64,000 nt of DNA from Camelus dromedarius (GCF_036321535.1 NC_087445.1:14570001-14634000), one strand, 5' to 3'. Positions 35,728 through 47,811 are shown, counted from the stretch's first letter. Notes: a model not told the origin generated them from the letters alone. Numbers and translations: made by a program.

Positions 35728-36465
35728 TCAGACAAGACTTGGTAATTATTGCCCTACACATAATGGAAGAAAGATTCTGCTGGTGAATAAAGAAAAGTTG
35801 TATTTGTAAAAATACTCAAAATAGATCATCCATGGCAAGGAGGCTGAGTCATCTGCAAATTCTGACTGGGGCTCAGGATCAAAGTACTGGCGTTTCTGCC
35901 TTGCTTTCCAGTTCTAATGAGGCTCATTAATATCATGTTCTCAGCTCACTTTATCTCATTGGGGCCGTTGGCTTTTCAGCAAACTCGGCAGGTCTGAACT
36001 AGCTGGAGTTCGTTTTTAATGGCTTTTATTGCCAAGTCATAGTCATAGGAAATGAATGTCTTCCTTGGGTCCATCTTCATCTACTTCCACCTCCATGTGG
36101 TGACAGCAGGGTCAAGGCAGCCAGCTGTCCTGGAGATGGGGGTGCAGATAAGGAATGGTCTCCAGCAGCAGAGAAGTGGCATTGGGGAGGGAGAGGGCAG
36201 GTGACAGGCAGGCTTCTTTGGGTGGCTGAAACAGCACTCCCTCTGCCCCACAAATGGCATGTCTGAAAGAATTAACAATCTGTTTAGAACATATCATTAC
36301 ATGCTGGCCTACTTTCCTCTCTTTTGGTCCAACCACTGTGATAATAGATCAGAGGGTATGGGGGTGGGAAGTTGGGGGTGGCTGGGGCCAGGCAGAGGGG
36401 GCTGAGGAAGAGAGGAGTAGTCCGTTTATTTCTAACCATCTGCAGCTGTCAGCTTGTTTGGGGAC

Positions 36466-36488
36466 TTTTTTTTTTTTTTTTTTTTTTT
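36466..36488. repeat. Poly(T) run
   Basis: About 23 T with no adjacent retroposon body. Confidence 0.85.
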
Positions 36489-36747
36489 CAGACAGAAGAA
36501 CAAAGTCTTGCTACACGGGATTGTTTTCCTTGGCATGATGTACAGACACTTTCTTGAAGAACGCACTGAGATAACACAAAACATCTGCTTAAAGCGCTCA
36601 GTCTTCTGAAGCTGAGTTTTCATCAGCAAGAGCATGAGGCTTCTCCAGATAAACAAATATACGTTTTGTAGGAGGCAGGAGATTGTGGATGGAGTGGGCA
36701 GGAGAGTAAACTGTTAGGAGGAGGATGTATATTTTTAAGAACCAGAT

Positions 36748-36899
36748 NNNNNNNNNNNNNNNNNNNNNNNNNNNNNNNNNNNNNNNNNNNNNNNNNNNNN
36801 NNNNNNNNNNNNNNNNNNNNNNNNNNNNNNNNNNNNNNNNNNNNNNNNNNNNNNNNNNNNNNNNNNNNNNNNNNNNNNNNNNNNNNNNNNNNNNNNNNN
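36748..36899. other. N gap (152 nt)
   Basis: No repeat is visible in the flanks. Confidence 0.98.
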
Positions 36900-37399
36900 A
36901 CATTGCCAGGAGAGGCCTGTTTTCTTTTCCCACGTGTGTGGGATGTTGTTTTTATTCATGAGATTTGAGAATGAGTGGTTTTTAAGGCTTGTAGAGGGAT
37001 TTTCACACGTGCAGTCGTGTTACTGACCTCCAAAGACAAAAAGGACAGTGCAAATGCTCTTGGACATGAGTGACAGTTTGAAGGAGCCATATGGGCATTT
37101 CTGGCTATTGTTAGTGACATGCCATCGGGTTCCCCAAAGGATTGGCCAAGTTATGAGGTTTCATTTTTTGCCATGTGGAAGCCCCTCCAACAGTTCACGT
37201 GATGTTTCTATATATCAGCTGGGGTCCAAATCCACTTCCCAAGAAGAGTTTGTCCTTTGGAGAAAAGGCAGCTCCCCCTGTGCTGTTTCATTTGCCCTCC
37301 CTCCACCCTGGACTTGGATGCAGAAGAGCCATCTTTAGAGCAGTAGAAACATCAGCGACCTTTTGCTGAATTGCCTCTGCCACTGGCTGGCCTTGTGCT

Positions 37400-37560
37400 T
37401 CGTGTCTAATCCTCACAATCTCACCAAGTCCTAGGTATTCTTATCCTCATTCCTCAGATAAGGAAACTGAGCCATTAAAAGTTAGCAAACTCGCTCAAGG
37501 GCAAGTTGCAGGGACGTTCCACAGCTGGAATCTGAAACCAGTGATTGATGCCAGCCAGAC
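37400..37560 (-). mobile_element. MIR
   Basis: taatcctcacaatc...cagataaggaaactgag. Confidence 0.6.
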
Positions 37561-39653
37561 ACTTAACCAGTGTCCTCAGCCACGGGTGACACCTGCGTTT
37601 GGGGAAGTGAAAGCCAGTATGCCCTTTTCCACCTTCATCTTTTAACAGATTTTGCCAATTGGACTGGAATGAGATGAAACGAGCCATCAGAATCTCATCC
37701 TGCTTCCCGGCAGAGTGGACCAGGCATAGGCTCCAGAATCAGACAGACTTGAACTCAGACCCCCTTTCATCGCAAACTAGCTCTAAACCCCGAGCCAGTC
37801 AGTGTCCGCGCCTGATTTTGGTGTAAGCAGATGGCGAAAGAGCTGGACTCTCATGGATTGATTACACACCAGCAAGGATTTATCACATAGCATACCCACT
37901 CGAGGCTCTCGGCGCTGGGCACTAGACATCCGTCTGGGAGGAGCAGGGAGGTTCTCCCTGCCCTTGGGGCATGTAGAGTCTGGAGCAGGAGCAGACCTGA
38001 GTCAGGACCCACACAGATAAGTGTGGAATTACTGTCTGGGACCTGTACTCAGGCAGGTTTCCAGAGCAGATAGCAGATACCAGGGCTCCTGTGTCTGGGG
38101 ATGAGGGAGGCTTTCAGCTGAGCTCCAAAGAAGGAAGAGGTGCTAACTGAGGGAACAACGGGGTGGAACACTGGCCAGCTGCTTGTGGAACCTAGGATAC
38201 TCAGGGGGCCAGTTCTCTGGTGTCCCTGGAGACAGCCTGGAGCCCTGACTTTCGGTACTTCCACAGCCCAGGTTCAGCCCAGCGCCGTCACAGACCAGAG
38301 CCTCAGGCCCAAGCATCTGGCTTTCTCTTCAGATGAAAAGAGAGAAAAACGATGAAAACAGGGATGGGCAGCAGCTACCTGGGAAACTGCTGCCTGGGTC
38401 TTATTTGACTTTGGGACCTCCATCTCCGATCTGTGGTCCTGTCGTAGCATCTCTGCATTCTCAAGGGACTCTCCTTCCCCAGCCTCCATAACAGGGTAAA
38501 AGAAAAAACACAAGCCATTTATTTCGACAACGTCTTTGTCTTTTTTTTCCGGAAGATGTCTGAAAAGGAAGGATTGAATGGGGCATTTGAGGGCTTCGAG
38601 GAAGGGAAGGGAGGGAAGGGAATGAGGAAGAAAGAAAATGGATTGAAGCTCAGAAATTACTGGAATTTTTATTAAATTTTGTTTGGGAGAAAGGAGATTT
38701 ACTGAGTCAGAGATGAAAGGCAAATCCGCGTGGAGCCCCAGAGAAATTGTTATATTTCATGCTCGATTTAGCTCTCGCGCTGAATGTGGCTTGGAGATCA
38801 GAAAGTTTGTGGTTAGACACATTCATAAACTCTGCAGAGCTGTCAGATGCTGCTTCCCGGTTGAGTACCAGGCCCTCACCAGCAGCGGAGCTCTGAGGCT
38901 GTCTGGCCAGGGCTTTAAGAGGGACTCCAAGCCCTGCAGGCTCACCTCACCCTCTGCCTTCACCTCAGCTCTCTGCCTGGCATCCTCCTTGGCCAGATCA
39001 TTCAGCAAACTCTAGTCTTGCTTTGAGTCTAATTGTTGAGCAAATTCCTGCCGGAACCACATGTGTGTGATTGGTTTGGGATTCTCACCTCTGCCCAGCA
39101 TCTAGCCTGGGCACTTTCTAGAATCTGAGCTTAGCCTGGCCCTGGTTTTAGGCTCACTAACTCCATTCGCAGAGACCAAGCCACACCACCTGACCCCAGG
39201 CCATCCGGGTCCATCCTCAGACACCGAGATACCTATCACCTCTTTGTGGAACTCATCTGAACACATACCCTCATTTTGAGCCAACTTTCTGGAGCCTGAA
39301 ATTTCCCAAGGTTGAATCTGAGAGTCAGGGGATGGGGCTTAGAGTGGGAAAGAGGAGAGGGAGGCTCTAAGATGAATTCGTGCTTGCAAATCATCTAGAG
39401 ACTTTCTGATCAAAGGCTGTTTTCTGTGGCATCAACCTCATACCTGTCTGAGATTATTGGTGAAAGGCTTGTCTGGGTTATTATAAAACTAGTCAAAGTT
39501 TAACTAACTCCAAACCCTTCAGATACATAGTCTGCTTCAGTTAAGATTGCTGGTTAATATTGTCTGGCATTAACTTTCTAATTGAGTACAGTGACTGAAA
39601 ATTAACTGTCACTACCCAAAAAACTATATAGAAAGGTAAAGAAGGGAGGTTTT

Positions 39654-39791
39654 GTTTTTGTTGTTGTTTTTTAGCGGGGAAGAGAGATAATTAGGTTTGT
39701 TTGTTTATTTTTAGGGGAGGTATTGGGTTTGTACCCAGGACCTCGTACATGCTAAGCATGCACTCTGCCACTTCAGCTAGACCCTCCCCCA
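39654..39791 (-). mobile_element. Vic-1-type SINE
   Basis: Reverse-oriented head and tail; perfect TSD aagggaggtttt at 39642-39653 and 39792-39803. Confidence 0.9.
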
Positions 39792-40339
39792 AAGGGAGGT
39801 TTTAATGGCTAAAAAGAGAAGAGTTCCAGATCCTTTTGTCCCACACACTTGGCTAGATCAAACTACTCATCATCTCAGAGCTCTCTAGAAGAGCATTGTG
39901 TAGCCTCCATGCCAGGATCGTATCAAGACTCTGGCAAAAAGCTATCATTTCTGCTGTAGGCTTTTTTCTTCCACCAAATAGGAGATGATGGATTTACATC
40001 TTGACTAAATAAGATCACTGTTCTTTTATGATTCAATTTTGATTGATGAGTATTCCCTACCTAGCCCTGTGCCAGGTGCTTTTAAAGATAGACTCAAAGT
40101 ATAAAACAGTGCCTTTGTTCAGGGAACTTACAGTAATATAAGACTTAAATATGAGAAACTTGTAGAAAATAATGCAAAGCCGAGTATCACCCAGGGCTTA
40201 ATTGAGAACTTACCACTCTAAGTTCTTTACAAGTTCAGAATTGATGGATTAATACCAAGACTACCCTTCTGAATGTAAATATGCAGGAGGAATTTAATTC
40301 CAAAGTGTGTTACAAAGAATGTTCAGTTCATGGGATACT

Positions 40340-40600
40340 AAAATTAACAGTTCACGAGAGTGCTTACTATCTGCAAAGCATTAGAAAAGCCTTTTAAGTG
40401 TGTGTATTTAATCTCACAAAACCCACTGAGCTAAAATAACATTAACATCTTTGTTTCTTTTGAGATGGGGAAACTGAGGCTTAGAGAGACTAAGCCACTT
40501 GCTTACGCATACATTGTTAGTAGGTAGTACGGCCAGGAATGAACCCTGGGAAGTCGGTTACAGACTCTGTTTTAAACCAATAGCTATTATAGGGAAAAGG
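40340..40600 (-). mobile_element. MIR
   Basis: gagatggggaaactgaggcttagagagactaagccacttgc. Confidence 0.65.
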
Positions 40601-40756
40601 ACTTTCGGCTACAGGAATTCTCAGATCCTTTACTATGCTTAGGTATATCACAAACCTTTATGAAAGCAGTATTTGTACAAATATATTTGACCTCGTGATC
40701 CTCTTTTTTTAGCCAAGAATCTCCCAAGATTAGTCATTTTTTAAACAGCCCTTGGG

Positions 40757-40992
40757 GGCAGGAGGAGAGATAAATTAGGAGTATGGGATTAACAAATACA
40801 CTGTATGTAAAATAGATAAATAACAAGGATTTACTGTATAGCACAGGGAACTATACTCAATATCTTGTAATAACCTATGATGGAAAAGAATTTGAAAAAA
40901 AATATGACTATAAGTGAATCCTGTTGTTGTGTACCTGAAACTAACACAATATTATAAATCGACTCTACTTCAAATAAAAAAAAAAAAAAAAG
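40757..40992 (+). mobile_element. Young L1 3' fragment, sense orientation, with poly(A)
   Basis: gataaattaggagtatgggattaac...cacagggaactatactcaatatcttgtaataacc...cttcaaataaaaaaaa. Confidence 0.88.
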
Positions 40993-41268
40993 ACCTTGGG
41001 AAATACTAAAGTAGAGGGTCCCCAGTATCTTATGTGTTCCGGAGATGCAGAAGGGACAAAAGGAGGGGGTTGGGTACAGTCCTGAGTTGGGGTCAGTGGT
41101 GCCCCACGAACCACACAGGCTGCCCTCTGCCCAGACCCCTCCTCGGATGGCTTCAGGTTCTGGTGGCCGTTATAACAAGTCCAGTGTCCATTTGAGGTGG
41201 TTCATTAGCCTTTCATTCTTCCTACTGCTAGCCTGTATTCATTTAAAACAAGGAGACAGGGGGCGAGG

Positions 41269-41418
41269 TGGGGGTGGGTATAGCTCAGTGGTAGAATGCG
41301 TGCTTAGCATGCGTGAGGTCCTGGGTTCAATCCCCAGTACCGCCATTAAAAAAATAAATAAATAAAAATAAATAAACCTAATTGCATCCCCCCTCAAAGA
41401 AAAAAAAAAAGAAAAGAA
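41269..41418 (+). mobile_element. Vic-1-type SINE
   Basis: gggggtgggtatagctcagtggtagaatgcgtgcttagcatgcgtgaggtcctgggttcaatccccagtacc, followed by AATA repeats, cctaattg and an A-tail. Confidence 0.92.
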
Positions 41419-42031
41419 ATCCGAAATTATAAGACAAAAACCAAAAACCAAGCAAACAAGCATTTTTCAAGCTCCTTCTACAAGCCAGGTACTGAGCTAA
41501 GTGCAGGTCAAAAAATGGTCACCTGAGCAGAGAGGTTCCCTGCGCCGTGGAACTGTAGTAGCAGAAGAAGAAAGAGCCTGAGTTTCTGAACCAGATCTCT
41601 CCTCCACCTCCCTTTAGCCGTGGGGCCAGGCAAACACTTTAACTGAGCTAAGCCACAGTTATTTATTTTTTTTTCCAAAGCTGAAATAATATCACTGCTC
41701 AGAGTTTCACTGGGACTAAATGACATCACGCATACACACATCCGGCCTCACTCAGAGCTCACTTTTCTGTGGGTATTTCATAGAGACTAGATAATTCTTA
41801 GCAGTGTGATGAAGACGAAAACCCCTCAGGTAAAATCAATGTTCATGGTCCCTCCAGAGCCTGTGAGAAAAAAAGAGTGGCTCAGCAGGGCGGTGTCTTA
41901 CCCTTTCCTGCTGGCCTGAGGCCCGGGGCACGGCTGGACATCCAGGTCTCTACCTGCAGAGGGGTGATCTCTTCCACCTCCCACCTCCTGAAGGTTTATT
42001 TGAAACATGCACACACATGCACAGATAGACA

Positions 42032-42035
<4 letters not shown>

Positions 42036-42080
<45 letters not shown>
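42036..42080. repeat. (CA)22 microsatellite
   Basis: Uninterrupted CA run. Confidence 0.95.
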
Positions 42081-42083
<3 letters not shown>

Positions 42084-42207
42084 TCTGAACGCCTGGAAGG
42101 CAGAAGAGAAAGGGAGAAAAGGGCTAAGCTACTATAAAGACTGTAGAATGAGCCCCTGCACCGACAATAATATTGAATGAATTTTCCAAATGCCTTGTAA
42201 CTTTCTT

Positions 42208-42913
42208 TTTTTAATTGAATTATAGTTGATTTACAATGTTGTGTTAGTTTCTGGTGTGCAACACAGTGATTCAGTTATATAGATATACATATATATATGT
42301 ATTCCTTTTCATATTCTTTTTCATTATAGGTTATTACAAGATATTGAATATAGTTCCCTGTGCTATACAGTAAGACCTTGTTGTTTATCTATTTTATGTA
42401 TAGTAGTCAGTATCTGCCATTCCCAAACTCCTAATTTATCCCTCCCCGGCCCCTTTCCCCTTTGATAACCATAAGTTTATTTTCTGTCTGTGAATCTGTT
42501 TCTGTTGTGTACATAAGTTCATTTGAGTCATTTTTTTTTAGATTCCACATAAAAGTAATATCATATAGTATTTGTCTTCCTCTGTCTTACTTCACTTNNN
42601 NNNNNNNNNNNNNNNNNNNNNNNNNNNNNNNNNNNNNNNNNNNNNNNNNNNNNNNNNNNNNNNNNNNNNNNNNNNNNNNNNNNNNNNNNNNNNNNNNNNN
42701 NNNNNNNNNNNNNNNNNNNNNNNNNNNNNNNNNNNNNNNNNNNNNNNNNNNNNNNNNNNNNNNNNNNNNNNNNNNNNNNNNTTTCAAATTGGAATTTTCT
42801 CTGGATATTTTCCCAGGAGTGGGATTGCTGGATCATGTGCTAACTCTATTTTTAGTTTTCCAAGGAATCTGCTTACTGTTTTCCATAGTCGCTACACCAA
42901 ATTACATTCCCTA
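42208..42913 (-). mobile_element. Young L1 3' fragment containing an N gap
   Basis: Typical antisense L1 3' text; TSD tgta[a/g]ctttctt at 42196-42207 and 42914-42925. Confidence 0.9.
42598..42781. other. N gap (184 nt)
   Basis: Lies inside the young L1. Confidence 0.98.
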
Positions 42914-43869
42914 TGTAGCTTTCTTATTCTTAACCTCACACTCTGTGAGCTGGGATTTTATCTCTGGCTTAGCAGAGAACCCACTGGGGTTCTTAGGCTC
43001 CTTATGAGTCCAGCCTAGGACTTCTCAGCTTTTTGGGTTGGCCTGGGGTGACTATGCTGCACGCTGAGCATGAGCTGAGACTTGAGCCATTTGCAGTGTT
43101 CACTTTTGAAGAATGAATTACATGTAAGGGAGGGAATGGTGGCAGAGTCAGGGCCAACTTAGTAGCCAGAGCCAAGAGATATGAGCCTGGGGTCTTACCT
43201 ATGCAAGGAATTCAGGTGGGAAATAACAAAAAGAGAACTTTATCTCAAGGTCCTCACTAGATGCCAGCCACATTACAGACACTATGAAGGGAACACTATA
43301 AAGGAAATGCTTGTATCTATTTTATAATGAAGTAACTTGCCCATACAGTTAGGAAGTTATCCGGCCAGGATTTTAAACTAGGCCTTCTTGACTCTAAAAT
43401 CAGCTCCTCTCAGCTATTCTAAAGATCATTCCCAGCCATAGCCCAAAGGGAGAGGCAACAGCAAACCAAGTGCAAGGCCAAAGGCAAGGCCAGAGACCAG
43501 GTGTGGAATGGAGGCCAGAGCTGAGAGCTCAGAGCTGATCAGACAAAGGGATTTGGGGGTGGGTTGGGCAATGCAGCTTGGGGACACTCTAGAGGGACCC
43601 TACAAGTGCCATGAACACCCTTGGTGTGTCCCAGGTCTTGCCTTACCTTCAGTCTGTGTAGGGTTTGGGGGCTGGCTTAAAAGGTCAAGCAGATGAACTG
43701 GCACAGCTGAACCACCCCCCACTCCCCCCACCAATCGCCTCTCCCCTAGCGGCTGGTGACTTGAAAGGTAAGTGCACCTGAGGGATTCAGTCCACCCAGG
43801 AAGGAGGGGCTGGGAGGTGTGTACAGAGCCCCAGAGCAGCATCTCCAGAGTTCAGGATGCTGCATACTC

Positions 43870-44070
43870 ATAGGCTTTGCAGTTAGACAATCCTGGGTCC
43901 AAACCCCTCCACTATTTGCCAGCTGCATGACCTGGGGCAGCTACTTAATTTTTTGAGTCTGTGTCCTCATTTGTGAGATGGAAACAACAACAGTACCTGT
44001 CTTCAAGGGTTATTTTGAGGACTCAATCAGCTAACCCAGTCCCTACAACTTGGTGAGTGTTCAGTAAATT
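43870..44070 (+). mobile_element. MIR
   Basis: cctgggtccaaacccctccactatttgccagctgcatgacctggggcagctacttaa...ctcatttgtgagatgg. Confidence 0.7.
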
Positions 44071-45329
44071 CTAACTTTGACTCTTAGTCCCAGATCCATG
44101 GTCTAAGGCACTGGCAGAGAAAACACATCTCTCCTTGAAGCCACAGAGTATTAACTGACCTCTCAACACCTCGGATCTGTGATTCCCGAGGGTGTGAACT
44201 TTTTCACCCTTCTTTCCTCACCCCTTTCCTCTTTTTAAAATATATTTCTGCACCACCAAAGAGTAACCTTTAGATTTCCTTGTTGCATTCAGCAATTCAG
44301 CTGTACCTTTATTCTTGGCAGAGAGAGAGAGTCACACTCTAAACATAACCAGATCTGTTGGATTTTAAAATTAGGCTGACTTGGTCCAAATCCCAGCCCT
44401 GCCACTGGTTACCCAAGTGGCCTAGAGCAAGTTAATCCAAGCTTCAGAGCCCTGGTGTTTGTTATTCATCTGGGGTATAGGACTCTTACAACCCACGTCA
44501 CAGATAGCTGGCGAAGGTAAAGAATGTCAACCCCTGATGTCACCATGTGGTTGTCACAGGACTCCCCTTCTGATGGGAGCACACTTAGATATGGATAATG
44601 GGAAATTCCATCACCTCTGGATCTCAGGCTTCTATAGAAACTCCAGACCCTCTGCCAGCCTGGCAGCAGTGGTTTTCACTGCCCCTCACTGTCAGCAGAG
44701 AAAACCGCCCATCAGCTCTGTGAGGGGTTGTCCACCTTCTCCCAGCTCTACCTCACCCCACCTCCAAACCCAGCATCTGTTGCCTAGACAGTCAGCTGCC
44801 AAGCTGTGCCCGAGTCTCTCCCTGGCTTCATTTGATACATTGCCACTTTGTTTTGGAAGAAAAGCCAGTATCAGTGCCGGGCCCCAGGGAGGCAGATTTG
44901 CCTCTGCCAACTGCCAGCTGTGTTCTGTCTCTCTCGTCCTGCTCTGGGGATCCCAGGTGATCCCATTACAGTCTCTCACCAGACAGCTGCCACTGGGACC
45001 CTGGGGAGGCACAGACAGCAAAACTGCAGGCTTCCTGGGGACCAGAGACACGCCCTGAGCACAGCCCTGCAATTCTGATGAAAGACTGGTGGTCACGTCT
45101 ACCTTTTCTTAATAAGGGTAATTACTCCTCTTCTAACAACAGTTTGATGCTCCAGACCTTACGAAGCAGAAAGAAGAGGGGTCCTTCCCATTTAGCAAGC
45201 TCTGACTCTGTTCCAGGCACTGTAGGAGGATTGTAGTCCTGTTGACACCCTCCTGGCTGTGCAAAGAAAGGATAATAAATGACCCCACTTTAAATGACCA
45301 AAAAAGAAAAAACCCCAAAGTCGCACAGG

Positions 45330-45490
45330 TACCACTTCTAATCCTCACAGTAACTGGCATTTTTATCGGTATTGTACATACAGAAAAACTGAAGCTCAGA
45401 GGGGTAAAATAACTTGCCCATGGTGGTACAGCTGGAAAGGGAGCAGAAAAGGAACTCAAAGTCTGTTTCACTTCAGAATCCATTACAACA
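45330..45490 (-). mobile_element. MIR
   Basis: taatcctcacagtaac...aaaactgaagctcagaggggtaaaataacttgccc. Confidence 0.65.
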
Positions 45491-45777
45491 TCCCTACTTA
45501 AGGACCATGTAACCAGCAAGAGCTTAAGCAGTGTTTGAGAGGGAGAAAGAAAGTGGCTTGAGATTCTGTTTGTTGCTCAGACCAAGCTGGGAGTAGTGGT
45601 CATCAGACAGGAGACCTGGGTGATCCCTCTGACCCCTCACCCAGGCTGTGTTATGAATAACAACCCCCAATTCTTACCTTCCTCAAGGAGATGGAGTGGT
45701 AAGTTCCCGAAGTTTCTGTGAAGTTTTGTTGCATTCACCCTCCTCAGAAGCAGGTGCCTCTCAGAAAAAGCTTAGAT

Positions 45778-46000
45778 CAGAATTTGCCAACTGGTGGTCT
45801 GCAGGCTGAATTAACCTAGGAAATGTTTTGTTTTGACCTGCGGTATTTTTTTTTTTAACTTCAGGTTAATTGCTAACATTTGAAAAGTAGAAATCCAGGT
45901 GGTTCACATAGAACTCCAGAATCATCTGAATCATCTTGAAAACCAGAAGATCCAACCGTCCCAGGCCTCTGTCCCATTATGGCCACCATTGGTGGGAGGT
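45778..46000 (+). mobile_element. MER102-like
   Basis: gccaactggtggtctgcaggctgaat...tgttttgttttgacc...tgctaacatttgaaa...tcttgaaaaccagaagatc. Confidence 0.65.
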
Positions 46001-46483
46001 GTGCAGGGACTGCTTCCTTTGATGAGAGAGGGCTTTCTAATTTGCTCCAGTCCCCACCATTCCCCATTACCCTGTGTCAGGAAGTGCCAGTCTCCCTAGA
46101 GCATCACTCCCTCTACCGGTTTTCTTACATTAGCAATAAGAGGAATATGAACCTTCATGTGCTCTACAAAGTGGGAAAAATTAAAAAGCAAGAAGGGAGA
46201 GTGTGTGTTTCTAGGTAAAAATAAATATTTCTACACTTTTTTTGCACACACAAAAGAAGCTATAACCAAAAAAACAAACCTGGCCCTGTTCTCTGATTTT
46301 TTTGGTCTCTTCCTGGTTGTTGGTAACTGAGTTTAACACCATTATAGCCATTTTTTCAGACAGCGTCTGATGTGGCTGACCCCATAGAGCCAGGCCTCTG
46401 CACGTTGGCCTGGAAGCCTGGCTCCAGGGCTGTTCTGCAGCCTCACACGTGCTCCGGGGTCTGCCATAGCTTCCCCATCATGG

Positions 46484-46509
46484 CTCTGTTCCCTTTTCCC
46501 CCTCTCTAG
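46484..46509 (+). promoter_or_regulatory. MOB3B: Polypyrimidine tract and 3' splice acceptor of the MOB3B exon
   Basis: ctctgttcccttttccccctctctag lies directly before the exon. Confidence 0.9.
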
Positions 46510-46712
46510 GTGTTCCCTTCCCCAAGAACTTCCTGCAGATCTGCAAGAAGATTCTGTGCCGCCTCTTCCGGGTCTTCGTCCACGTCTACATCCACCACTT
46601 CGACCGGGTCATCGTGATGGGCGCGGAGGCCCATGTCAACACCTGCTACAAACACTTCTATTACTTCGTCACGGAGATGAACCTCATAGACCGCAAGGAG
46701 CTGGAGCCCTTG
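46510..46712 (+). CDS. MOB3B: MOB3B internal coding exon (equivalent to human exon 3), 203 bp, phase 1 start and phase 0 end
   Basis: ctctag|GT GTT CCC TTC...GAG CCC TTG|gtaagt. Translation is (G)[67 protein letters not shown], the MOB-family C-terminal core. As recalled, residues [12 protein letters not shown] and VTEMN match MOB3B rather than MOB3A or MOB3C. The HVYIHH motif carrying the Zn-ligand histidines is intact. ORF track 46614..46826 confirms the frame. Confidence 0.96.
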
Positions 46713-46718
46713 GTAAGT
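46713..46718 (+). promoter_or_regulatory. MOB3B: 5' splice donor of the MOB3B exon
   Basis: Consensus gtaagt directly after the TTG (Leu) codon. Confidence 0.92.
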
Positions 46719-47227
46719 GTCACCGTCACCCTGGGAGCTCGGCCACTTGTCACAGAACACTGCCATGCCCATGCAAACTCTTGCCCAGCTGCTAGCCCGA
46801 GGACTGCAGGAGTGGACAGGATTTAGAGGTCAGGTAAAGGTCAGGGGATGCCAGGATGTCCACGACCATCAAACAGAGTTCTTACCTTTCTCTCTCGGAT
46901 TATCGTGGTTTGGACCAGAGGGAGTAGCTTTCATTCTCAGCTCCAAAAGCAGTCACCTATTTACTTAATCCCTTAAAGGGGCGACTTGTGAGTGCTCACG
47001 TCATCTCTTATGTACACTGTTATCCAAAGAGGATCAGAAACATTTCTTCAGTCACTAAATAAATATTTCGCACCGACTGGGTGGCAGTTGCTAGACATAC
47101 AAAGTCAAGTCAAACTGCCTTTGAGTGGCTTTTACTCCAGAGATAGAGACAGAAGTGAGCCCAAGATGAGAATCCAGTGTCGTGGGGACTTTGTGTCTCA
47201 CAGTGAATCTCCTGCAATGCAGGTTTT

Positions 47228-47342
47228 TCCCCTTTTATTTTTTTAATAGAAGCATAGTTGATGTATAATATTATATAAGTCACAGGTGTACAATATAGTG
47301 ATTCGCAATTTTTAAAGGCTATACTCCATTTACAGTTATTAT
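47228..47342 (-). mobile_element. Short L1 3' fragment of a different subfamily
   Basis: ttttttaatagaagcatagttgatgtataatattatataagtcacaggtgtacaatatagtgattc; degenerate TSD ctgcaatgcaggtttt / ctgccatgcagtttt. Confidence 0.75.
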
Positions 47343-47802
47343 CTGCCATGCAGTTTTAATGGGATATATGAGAATCCAGAACATTTGATTTAAAAAACTT
47401 TACTATTATTGTTTAGGTGAATGGGGAGTCCTTTAATTTTCTTCACAAGCTGTCTTTACAATAGGACTCAATCTGTGCTTTAGAAGTCAAGGGCCCTTAA
47501 AAGCACCATCATCTTTTGTAACACGTGGTATCATAATACAGATCACCGCTCTCTCTCGCCAGCTCTATTGAGTACTGTCTTATCAAGTAGAATACAGTGC
47601 TTTATAGTCAAATTACGCTTTTTTTTCTTGAAACAGTTTAAAGTGGCAGTTTTGCTAAATATAACTGACAGAGCAACTAAATTTTATCCAAGTTCATTTG
47701 AACAAGGGCCCAAGTGCAGGGGCCAGACGGGTCTCTTGCTAGCCTGTCTTCCTTTCTCTTTATGTATCTGTTTTTAAGTATAGGTTTATTTTTGTTTTTG
47801 TT

Positions 47803-47811
47803 TATTATTAC

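Larger units (their letters stand above)
1..46509 (+). other. MOB3B: MOB3B upstream intron (intron 2 by human numbering), entering from outside the window
   Basis: No upstream MOB3B coding exon recognised. The region is repeat-rich, and human MOB3B has a very long intron here (recalled). Confidence 0.75.

Noticed and set aside
41269-41345. tRNA-Ala(AGC)-like sequences here and at the other Vic-1 copies
   Set aside because: They have extended G-rich 5' ends, broken stems, AATA tails and TSDs, so they are SINE heads rather than tRNA genes.
44459-45096. Overlapping 199-aa (+) and 134-aa (-) ORFs
   Set aside because: No homology recognised; GC-richer intron sequence that starts within a MIR remnant.
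1-46509. IFNK, which is nested in a human MOB3B intron
   Set aside because: No interferon-like ORF is present; in human it lies in intron 1 (recalled), which would be upstream of this window.
46506-46772. 88-aa minus-strand ORF over the MOB3B exon
   Set aside because: Antisense shadow ORF caused by C/G-ending codon bias of the real exon.
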